A DNA stretch of 64,000 bases from Negaprion brevirostris. Its lineage: Eukaryota. The stretch spans positions 48,692,133-48,756,132 of the forward strand of contig JARDVH010000073.1 in the NCBI GenBank assembly GCA_030324005.1, read 5' to 3'. This document shows, piece by piece, positions 10,901-22,900 of this stretch; the first letter of the stretch is position 1; every line of letters starts with the position of its first letter. The translations under genes were made by a program, and so were the position numbers. Under the pieces are notes generated by a model. That model searched no databases. It worked only from the letters and a program-made list of their open reading frames with translations, and had not been told where the DNA came from.

Positions 10901-13900
10901 TTCTCTTTGTTGATTCCCCGCCTTGATACTTTTTTGCAATGCTTTGGCTTGTGAATGTGAGTTTGACGGGATGTGAGCCCTCTCAGCTTCCTTGATTGGT
11001 TTTAACACTCTGAGATGTTCCATATCATTGTTGTCCCTGTTTGGANNNNNNNNNNNNNNNNNNNNNNNNNNNNNNNNNNNNNNNNNNNNNNNNNNNNNNN
11101 NNNNNNNNNNNNNNNNNNNNNNNNNNNNNNNNNNNNNNNNNNNNNTGCACATTCTCCTCATGTCTGCATGGGTTCCCTCTGGGTGCTCCGGTTTCCTCCC
11201 ACAGTCCAAAGATGTGCGGGTTAGGTTGATTGGCTGTGTTAAAATTGTCCCTTAATGTTCTGAGATGCATAGGTTAGAGGGATTAGCGGGTAAATATGTA
11301 GGGATAGGGGGGTAGGGCCTGGGTGGGATTGTGGTCGGTGCAGACTTGATGGGCTAAATGGCCTCTTTCTGCACTGTAGGGCTTCTATGTTTCTATATCT
11401 GAGCATTCTATCTGCAACTGCTTAATGCTAACACATGGTGAAGCAAAATGAAAGGTTTACTTTTTCCACACAGTCCACACTTTGGTTGGCACAGCCTCAC
11501 AGCACCAGGGACCTGGGTTCAATTCCAGCCTTGGGTGGCTGCCTGTGTGGAGCTGGTATGTTCTCCCCATGTCTGTGTGGGTTTCCTCCCATGCTCCGAA
11601 GATGTGCAGGTTAGGTGGACTGGCCATCCTAAATTGGCCCTTAGTGCCTAAGATGGTTAAGTGGAATAACTATGGTAAATGTACAGGATAATGGTGGGCC
11701 TGGGTATGATGTTGTTTCAGACAGTCAGTGCAGACTCTGGCTTCCTTCTGCACTATGGGGATTCTACGATTGATGAACACCAAAAACCATCTGGTCAGAA
11801 AAAAATGTTATCATGTTCTTGTGAATATTCTGCAGAGTGAGTGCTTCTTGATAGAATTGAAAACGATTGACTTAAAAATATAAATAGCTCTGCTCTGATT
11901 CTAGGTGGCACGTAGTAGGTAAGAGTGAATGCACAGCGCAGTGCGGACCTGGGTACAGAACACGAGACATTCAATGCATGAAGTACACCCACAGTAAAGG
12001 ACCAAGTCAGCCCGTGGATGACAGATACTGTAGGAACCAGCCAAAACCTCCCAGTAGAGAGACCTGCCATGGAGACTGTCACAGGACTAGTTGGCATTAT
12101 ACATCCTGGTCACAGGTAATGATTAGAGTGAGCTACTTCACTGCCTCGCCCAGTGGATGGTCGAGTCTGGATTTTGTGATCAATATTTTTTAACACCAGC
12201 ACTAATGCATATATTGAATTTACCACCAGCGTTCAAAGTTCGTAATAAGGAAATCCATGCTCTGAAGTCAGTTTTTTTTCTGAAAATGTGCACTTTGAAA
12301 GGAGCCTTCTGATGATCATGCCTGAAATCTGTGAAACAGTGCATGCCATAATATAAGTAACATCCCCATGTACTGAAATGAAGTCCATGCAGAAAGAAGG
12401 GTTAAAAGGAGAGTAATCACATGTTTCTAATTCATACTTCAGTCCCATTGTGCGTTCCACTGCATTAAACCTCAATGATAGTTTTTTTTTATTTTCCTCA
12501 GTGTTCGAAAACCTGTGGTGGTGGAATGAGAACGCGGGAGGCATACTGCATGAACAACCTTGGCAGACATCTTGTTAACCAAGAGTGCAATGAGCATCAG
12601 AATGTCGTATCTCAGACATGCAATGAATTTCCCTGCCCTGAATGGACAGCCAGTGAGTGGAGTGAAGTGAGTAAAGCTTTAAAGCTTGTGCAAGGAATGC
12701 TTCTATCTATAAATTAATGTGCCAAGGCTACAGTGGCTGGCGGAAGTGCTGTTGGGTTTGGGCCACCAGGCAATATCTAGACATGTATCAAAGAGGGAGG
12801 AAATAACTGTCTGTGACCTATTCAGGGGTGCTCTTCTATAAAGAGCAGCTGAAGCCAGGGAGCTTGGAGTTTGCTTGCTCCCCAGGCTGATACCACATAA
12901 CCTGTGGAAAACTAAAAAGCAGTCACAATTATTATTATTTTTAAAATACACAGGCACCATCCGAATGAGTCTGATACTTCCTCAAATTATTCATGCAATT
13001 TTAAAATATGAAAGGCCATATTATTGATGTACACAGTCATTTTATGAAGAAAATTGGCATAAAAATTGTATTGCAAGAAACAGCAGTACGGACACAGGAA
13101 TTGGAATTGGTCATTCCTGCAGTTTGCTCCATCATCCAGTTACATCATGATTGATTATCATAATTTTATTTTGTCACCTTGGCTCCGTAACCACTCGAGA
13201 TCTTTATCCAAACATCATCTCGGGCTTTAAAATCAGTGTTGATCGAGCATCTACACCCTTATGGGGTGATAGTTCCAGATTCACCCCGCCTCCCCGCCTT
13301 TATCTGAAGTTTATGCTTCATTCCTGAGGAGCCCAGTTTAATTTTAAGTTTCTTATTCTGGATACGCACTTCTGAGAAAAGAGTTTCTTTGAATCCACTA
13401 TATTGAATTCCATTATCATTTTAAATACTTTGATTAAATCATGCTCAAGTTTCTAAACTCAATAGAAATACAAACCATCTTCATGCAATCTGTTCACAGA
13501 ACTGAATGTTTTAAGTTCACTATTGTTCCAGTGAACATGTGCTGTATACCTTCCAAGGCCAATGCCATGTTTGATGCAGTTAGTTTTGATGTACACTTGC
13601 CACGGATAACTCTTGGGTGCTGAGGCCTGTTATGTGCCCACTGCAGCATCACATAATTGAGGAGGATCTAGGTCAGTGTAGTCCCATACATCTGGCAGCC
13701 CCAAATTCACAAAAATAATGCTATTAGCTGATAGCTCCATAATGCATGCTCAATACCTGAACCACTCTTCAGTTGATTGTAAAATGCATGCTGCCTGGTG
13801 GGTTATTTCATCTATGTTAGCCAGGATCCTCTTTCTTTCAGGAGCAAGTAGTCCTATATTGACCCAACATTTGCTGCTGATACTACTGAAACAAATTGGA

Positions 13901-16900
13901 TGTTTTTAAAGCTACAGCATCCTGGAAGGCTGCTTTTCTACCTGATGACTTTGCTGCAGCCATTTGTGCTCCTTGGTCACAGGACAGGGCTTGAGGGACT
14001 GGCAATTTATGAAGGGAGTTTGGCACTATATAAGCTTCTGCTTATCTCCATTTGCTCGTTTCATCACTATGGGCTGGGGTTGCTGTGATAATAAATGCTT
14101 TGACCTTTCATGATATTGTAAGGTCAGCTCTGAGCACCAAAGCTGACAGCAGTAACCAAAGCACATTGGGCCTCCGCCATTGACCATTATAGCTTTACCC
14201 TATAGCCTTCATCAATGAACCTGGAAATGCTTGAGTTGTGAAGCAAGGTCCTACAAACATCAATGAAATAGTCAACTGGATAGTCAGTTTCCGTGCTGTT
14301 GCCTGAGGAATAAATATTGGCCAGGTCACCTCTTCTTTGTATAGTGTCATTCCTTGTCCTTACCAGCTTTCGCTCAGTAGCTGTACTTCACATCCAAGTC
14401 GGAAAGTTGTGGTTTGAGTTGCATTCCAGACTCTTGCTATAATCTGGACTGACGCTTTGGTCCTGTACTGGTCTGTGCTGCAGTCTGAGATGTCATTTTC
14501 CAGATAGACCCATCTGCCCTCTCAGCTAGACATAAAAGATCCCATGGCACTAGTCACTGAAGTTCATTCTAGTACCTTCTGATCTAAATGACTTAAGTTT
14601 CAGGACAGTGACGAATATAAGGAACCACTGCTTTCTTCACTATTTAGGAACATCTTTTGTTTTAAGCCAGTTGCTATCCTGATTATGCTGAGAGGTATCT
14701 GTCATTTAAACCTCCAGGGCTGCAGTTCAATGGCAACCTGTGTTTGATGCTGGATTCCCTCATTGTGCCTTTGTTTCATAAAAGCTGAAGTGAGTGATTC
14801 TGGAGCCAAATGCATTATATATTCAGGACAGGCATTCCCTTGAGCATAAAAAATTAAAAGACAATCTAATTGAGATGGTTTTTAAAGGAGGATGATTAAA
14901 ATTGACCTGATCTCCTCTGTTAAAAGTTAGGGTAGTCCATTTGGATGTTGTGAATGACACTTATTAATAAATGTAATTTCTTTCTTTCATCCAAATAACA
15001 AATATATTAGCAGTTAACATTTGGGTTAAATTCAGCATTCACTAAATCACCACGTATTGTTTTAGTGTCTTGTAACATGTGGAAAGGGCACAAGACATCG
15101 GCAAGTATCGTGCTTACTGAATAATGAACATCTGCGAGATGATTTTTGCAACCCCAGTACCAAACCAGAAGCTGCAGAAACCTGTGAACTACAGGAGTGT
15201 GCTTCATGGCAAGCTGGGCCATGGGGACAGGTGAGTGTGGATACAACTTTCCATTTGATCACCATAGCTTTACATGCCTGGGAACACACAGAGATCCAGG
15301 GTTAGGTGCTGACCATAACAGGGCTGTAGAGAGGCAAGAAACTGCTGCTGAAGCTCTGCATTTCCAAAGGTCCACACTCCCGACAGAAAGACCCACTGTT
15401 CAATGGGGGAAGGGTGTCTGACCATGTTGTGTTCAGGACAATGATGGCAATGTACTCACATATTATGGCAAGCAACACTTCTTACCAGGCAGATTGTGAG
15501 GAGCTCCTTTCTCTTGAACCTGTTTCCCTCCAGCAGAGCTCAAATTTGCATTTGCCTGTTATTTAAGGACAGAGTAGAGACAATTCTTCTTGGAGATGGG
15601 GAGTGAGGCTAGGTCTCTGCTGTGTTAAGGTAGCTCCAAGATGGCTTACTTGCAGATGGAGGTTTGGAACTAAGGAAACCAGCAGATGGCTGGAATCAAT
15701 AATCTCTGTGTGTGAGTGCAGGCAATTATACAATTCTCTTCAGCAGTTTGTGGCCTATGAACCAGACTGGCTTACTGCTGGAACTGGGAGGGGGACAAGT
15801 GTCACTCTGGCACTAGGAATGTTTGATTCCAGATAACTCTGCAATGTATGTGTCCTAAAGTCATAGAATATAACATTTTTAAGTTATTTTGTTCACATAC
15901 ATCTGAGGGAAAGTAATTGATCAAGTAATTGAATATACATGAATGTATATTCATGTGAAAGATGACTAACATTCTATCCTGCTGATTTTCACTAGTGTGC
16001 TACTACCTGTGGTCATGGATATCAGATGCGTGCTGTGAGATGCGTTGTAGGGACTTATGGTGCAGTTATAGACGACAGAGAGTGTAATGCTGCAACTCGT
16101 CCAAGAGATAGCCAGGTAAAGGGAAAATTCTTCCTTCCCCTTCATTACAATAAATTATATTAAGAGAAACAGTAAGTATTCTGAAAGGTCACGAATGTAG
16201 CCCAACCCATCACGCAAACCAGTCTCCCATCCATTGACTCGGTCTACGCTTCCCGCTGCCCTGGCAAAGCAGCCAGTGTAATTAAGGACAGTGCGGACCC
16301 TGGACATTCTCTTTTCATCTTCTTCCTTTGGGAAAAAGCTACAAAAGTCTGAGAAAATGTACCAACCGACTTAAGAATAGCTTCTTCCCTGCTGCTGTAT
16401 ACTTTTGAATGGACTTACCTGGCATTAAGTTGATTTTTCTCTTCACCCTAGCTATGACTGTAACTCTACATTCTGCACTCTCTCATTTCCTTCTCTGTGA
16501 ATGGTATGTTATGTCTGTATGGCACGCAAACAATACTTTTCACTGTATGTTAATATGTGTGACAATCAAATCAAAATATCATTTCATTTCTTACCTTGAA
16601 ATTTCTGCTAATACAACATTGAAATAGATTTTCAGCTTGCCACCCGCATTTTGTCAACATTTCTTATATAACGTCTTTTGAACTTGGCATCTTTGCATTG
16701 CAGGGATAAAATTTACAATCTGAAACTGGTGTCTTCTAAAACTACAGCCTAGCATTTGTGGATTGCCCCCTCTCCCCTATTCCCATTACAGAAACCACGC
16801 AATTTACATTCTGCACTGTACAGATTGAACTGTCTTTTTTGTCTTTTTGACAAATTTCAACCCAGGACTGTGAGATGCCTCCTTGTTTGGAGCCACCAAC

Positions 16901-19900
16901 GATAGTCACAACTGCCAGTCCCACCATTCAGAGAGGGATAATGACCCAGTGGAGATTTGGATCCTGGACTCCAGTAAGTGACTGTATTTTCACAAGAAAC
17001 TCTCTCTTTCCAAGTGGTAGAAAATTCAGACTCAAAAAAATTCTGCAGTGCCCCCCCCACCTTGGGTGAAATCTAAGAAGTTGAACATGTCTGGCCCGAT
17101 GTTGATGCGACTGTGTTGTTAGTTTACGTCTGCATTTCTTTCTATCTAAGGGCGGAAAGTGAGTGATAATTAGGATAAATTTATATTGCCTTAGACCCAG
17201 GAGAGGCATATTTGAAAGCTAAGTACAAGGATGGAAGGCAGGCTGATCACGCTGGTGATGAGGGAGCCAGTATGATACCATCTAGTATCTCAGATCACTG
17301 TAAAAATATACATCAATTGTGTACATCTCTGGAAAGGTGCTTTCCCTGAAATAAGTAACAGCTGCTCCTTTTACCTACTGTGTAAAATAGGGTATGACGA
17401 GAAAGTCTTGTTGACTAAAGATGGATTTTGAAATTGGTGGTCCACATTCCCAAGAATCTATTTCTTGCCTTTTGTCAACATTTTTTATGTAATTCTAGAT
17501 GATTCTCCCCGCCCGTTGCGCTGCTCGAGGAGACACCAGCAGAGTCCGTTTCCCAGGAGATGGGGGGTAAGAGGGGTGCCCCCCCAGGCAATGCCAGCCT
17601 GCCCCCAGCACTGCCCACTGGGCATCAGGCAGTGCCAAGGGGGTGGGGCCAGAGGGGAGGAGCCCTATTGGGGTGGGGTCTGATGGGGCAACTGGTAGAG
17701 GTGGAGGGGCCCCACTCCCACTCTGCCACTCTGCAAAAGGATTGTAGGGCAGAGGGAGGGTGGCTAATGATTGAGTTGGCCACCCAGGGGGTGGGGGGGG
17801 TTGCTGTCAGAGCTGCTGGTACGGTGGGAGATCAGGACAGTGGGGGTTAGTCGCGGAGATTAGGGCTGGTCGGGGTTTGGGGGTATGGGGGNNNNNNNNN
17901 NNNNNNNNNNNNNNNNNNNNNNNNNNNNNNNNNNNNNNNNNNNNNNNNNNNNNNNNNNNNNNNNNNNNNNNNNNNNNNNNNNNNNNNNNNNNNNNNNNNN
18001 NNNNNNNNNNNNNNNNNNNNNNNNNNNNNNNNNNNNNNNNNNNNNNNNNNNNNNNNNNNNNNNNNNNNNNNNNNNNNNNNNNNNNNNNNNNNNNNNNNNN
18101 NNNNNNNNNNNNNNNNNNNNNNNNNNNNNNNNNNNNNNNNGGTTTGGGGGGATGGGGGGTAGAGAGACATCGGGGTTGGCCCAGAGAAGTCAGGAAGTGG
18201 GAGGATCGGATGGGCAGCAATGGAGAGCTGTGGGGCTGGCCAGTGATTGGGAGGCTGGCAATGAGGGGCCAGTGCACATGCAACAGATTGGGGCATGCAT
18301 GGTGGCTTGCTCAGCGCTATGCTTCCGGCCTCTCGGGGTGGGGGGTGTGAATTTCCACCAATTTCCACACCCTGATTTTTAGCGTGGATCTCGCTCGGGC
18401 ACTCTGCAGTGCTAAGACTGTGGGAGATTAATTCTGAAAATCCTGCTTAAAAAAAAAACCAGCGCAAGTTACCCCCATTTTCACGCAAATTTTTGAATTT
18501 TTTTGGGAGAATCCCAGGCAATGCCTTTTGAACGTAGTATCTTTGCATTGCAGGGATAACATTTACAATCTGAAGCTGGATTCTTCTAAAACTACAGCCT
18601 AGCATTCAACTTTTAGAAGTTAGTAAATTAGGTGTCTTTTGAGGTAGGACAGTAAGTGGGGAGGGAGGAGTCTAGACATCAGGAAATTTGTAAACTCTTT
18701 GGTTCTCCACTCATTGGCGGATTGTATGGAATTTCCCATTTTAGAACCAATCAACATTCTCTCTTATTTGGACTGTGCAGAATTCCAGCATTTGGAAAGT
18801 GAGAGCTAGTGATTTTTTAAATTTATTCATTCATTTATTTATTTGTTCAGAGATGTGAACGCCACTGTCTAGACCAGCATTTATTGCCCACAGGTTTTGG
18901 AATGATAGACAGAAAGGTAAAATGGGCAGAAGCGTGGTAAATATGGAGTTCAGTGCAGTGACGTGCAAAGACATTCTCTTTGGGAGGACTAATGAGGAAA
19001 TATATCATAAATAGCACAATTTGAAAAGTGTAGATGAGCAGAGAGAACAGTGTCCAGATTGATCCTTAAAAGTAGCATGGCAAAACTCTTAAGGTGGTTT
19101 AAAAAAAAGCATATGGATTGTTTGGGTTCATAAGTAGAAATATTGAAAATAAAGAAAATACATTATACCATAACTTTATAAAGAATAACAGCAACTTTAT
19201 TTATATAGCACTTTTAATGTGCCAGGGTGCTTCATAGGAGGGTATGAAGCAAAATTTGACATTGAGCCATTTTAAGACAATATTAGGTTTGAAAGAATTC
19301 CATAAAGGAGGTGGTGAGGCAGAGAGTTGTAAGGAGCACACTCCAAAACTTGGGACTATAGGGTGAATGATCTGCCATTAAAAAAGTGGAACAATTAAAA
19401 TCAGGGAGGCCCAAGGGGCCTAGATACCTCAGAGAGTTGTGAGATTGGAGAAGATTGCAGAGATGGGGAGGGATAAGGCCATGAAGAGATTTGAAAATAA
19501 GGCTGAGAATTTTCAAAATGAGGTGTTGCTTAACCCAGGGCTAATGTAGGTTAACAAGCAAAAGGGGTAAAGGGTGAATGGAGGTAAAGACTGGAGCAAC
19601 AGAGTGGCCAAGTTTATAGAAGGTTGAATGTGGGAGATCAGCCAGGAGTGCAATGGAATAAATGAGTCTGGAGGGAACAAAGGCACAGATGAGACTTTGA
19701 GCAGCAGAAGTGCTGAGGCACAGCAGAGTCATCAGATTCTCATCTTAGATCAGAAAGAACGTTAGCATTAGAACCAATCTGGTTGAGTGTCAGATAGTTG
19801 CCAGAGATGAAGTCAGTAGCTGACCAGTATTATGGACTGTTCTGGGCAGCATGCTTCAGTAAAGGTCCCGGAAAGCATAAAGAGTAGGTTTAGCAGAATG

Positions 19901-22900
19901 TTATCAGGGATGAGGAAGATTGGGGGAAAAAAAGCTCCACTTGTTCTCCTTGGAATAGAGAAAGTTAAGAGATGACATAATAAGTGTTTTCAAGATGATG
20001 AGCACTTTTGTAGAAAAGATAGAAAGAAATTATCTTTGGAGTGTGGGTCAGTAATCAAAGGAAATAAATCTAAAATTAATGGCACAAGATTAAGAGGGGA
20101 GATGAGAATTTCTTTTCACAAAGGATGTTGTCAGGATCTTGACCACTCTGAAAAGTGGTGAAAACTGATTTGACGAATCATTTTAAAAGGAAGCTGGATA
20201 GGTACTTGAGAATATGATATTTACAAGATTAGGGACAAAAGGTAGGCACAAGGAGATGAAGCACAAGTGCACTTCCAAAGATCTAGCTTAAAACAATGGG
20301 TTGAGTAGCCTTTTGCCATGCTGTAATTCACAATGAGTATATGTATATACCACACAGACTGTCAGGAAATTCCTGTTTTACTGAGCCACGCCACCAATCT
20401 CAGGCAGTTAAATTGGAAATTCAGGCAAGTCCCGTTCTCATGTTGTGAAGGGGCTTTTGCAATTCTTTTTCCATTGAAGGCTTTGGGAATTGGTTTCAGT
20501 CCTCCCCTTTTTGGCATTTGGCAGATGAGGATTAAGAGTAAAGAAATGATGCCAAGGATACGCAGTTACATTGTAAGTATCTACCATTTTGCTGCTTTAC
20601 AGTATCTGCTTGCCCAGGCATAGTTATCTGTCTATGACAGAGGAGAACTGCCTCATGGGGCTTCAGTTCAGCAGAGGGTCATTTATAGAGCTGTGTTATC
20701 TGCTGCACAGAGAGCTGTAGCTAAACGTACACAGGGTAAGCACTGCCAATGTTTCAATAGCCCTCCTTTAGTGCCTGCAGCTCCTTCCAGGGAATCTGCA
20801 AGTTACTGTAGCCTCCTGTAAAGAGGTGTTTCAACCAGGTGATTAATGCAACTTACTCCTCTATTTGTCATTGACTTACTAACAATCTTCTAGTATGATC
20901 TGCATCCCCAGCAGGGATCCAGCTGTTAAGTGTAGCAAACGTTCCAACAAGTAGACTTGATGTCAATAACTTTGAAGTCACATGGATAAATGATTAGTTT
21001 TTCTAGTTTTATTTAACATAATTATATAAAAGTCCTGGAATAGGATTATTACTGTTCATTGCAGGTGACATTTATGAATTCTTGTAAAGTTTATGACATC
21101 CTTTCCATGAGTCTCTGTCAATGGAAATGCACTAATTTAAGATGTAGCGTTCTTTTCTAGGATTTTCCTCACATCTCTTACCATGATTGAAAATGTTGAA
21201 GGTAACTTTAAGGCTGAAATGATTTGTATCTTAAACTTTGGCAACCTGTTGTTGTTGCTGTTGTTGCAGTGTTCCGTTACCTGTGGGGAAGGAGCGCGAG
21301 CTCGCTACGTCAGCTGCAGAGATGCTCAGGGTGGCATTGCTGATGAATCGTTCTGTGCTCACTTACCTCGTCCTCCTGAGGCATCGGCGTGCTTCAGTCC
21401 CTGTGGACAATGGCATGCTGGGGAGTGGTCATCTGTAAGTGACCCAGCTTCTGATATTAGAGAACATTATTGAAAAGCCTGTTAGACATTTTATTGCTGG
21501 TGGTCAAAGTATAAGTGACTATGATAATTAAAGGTACGATTCCATATTGCCACTGCGGAGACTTTGTTCACATTGAATTCTGGTCAGGGAATGAGGCGGA
21601 TGATGTCATTGCCCTACCATTGACACCGTTTTCTCAGCTGAGTGCATGCAATCATTCCTGATGGTTATTCTTTCCTCAATGTTGCCTTTTATATTAACGG
21701 TTATAGAGGAAACCTCACCACATATCAAGAAGTGGTATAACAGTTCAGATTTTAGGTGCCAGCTCCTCCTCTTCATTGACAAATCTATTAATGGGCTACG
21801 ATTCAGGACAATATTGTGAATTATTGTGCCAAATTTGTTTCCCATTGCCTCCCAACTTTCTTCCCTTTTCTTTCATGCTTCTGAATATGCTAGAATGAAT
21901 CTTGCTGGGGCTTGGTCCCTCTAGCCTCTGTTCAATTGATCATTCTCTATCTCTGGGGCTAGGAGATGACAACAGCTGGCTATTTGACCTCAGAAACATC
22001 ACAACTGAGCACAGTTGTACCCAGACAGGATGGGCACATGCAGCGGCAACAGTTTCTGGGCAGCATTCAAAAGCAGAAACCCTGGGTGAATGTTATTCTT
22101 TCTGGCACTGAGGCCACTTGTAGCATCCTAAAGATTCCAGCTAACTCAGTCTATATTGAGGACCGGACCTCTGATCTTCTGTGTATGGCTTAGGATAGAA
22201 TCATAAGCATAGAAGGAGACTATTTGGTCCATCCTACAACTCAGCTGCTGGCTCTATGAATGAGCTACCAATTAGTCACACTTCACCCACTTCTCCCTTT
22301 CAAGTAGATATCCAATGCCCTTTTCCACTATATACAAGAAGAGAGCTGGAATGAAACTTGGGAATTATACACCACTCGATTTTACATCAGTGATGGGGAA
22401 AATACTGGAAGACCTTTTAAGAAAATTCTTATATAGGATTTGGTATTGCTGGCTGGGCCAGCATTTATTGCCCATCCCTAATTGCCCTTGGACTGAACGG
22501 CTTACTCGGCCATTTCAGAGGACACTTAAGCATCAACCCCATTGCTGTGGGTCTGAAATCACATGTAGGCTAGACTAGATAAGGATGGCAGATTTCCTTC
22601 CCTAAAGGATATTAGTGAAACAGATAGGTTTTTACAACAAACAACAATAGTTTCATTGTCATCATTGGACTTTGAATTCCAGATTTTTATTGAATTCAAA
22701 TTTCAACCTCTGACATGGCAGGATTTGAACTCAGGTCGCCAGAACATTTCACAAAGTCACTGGATTACTAGACAAGTGGCTATGCCACTATAGAGGAACA
22801 TTTAGAGACAAATCATAAGATTAAAAAATAGTCAACATATTATTCCCAAAGTCTAACTCACCCCTAACATACCAGGTAAAATTCTTTGAAGAAACAGCAG

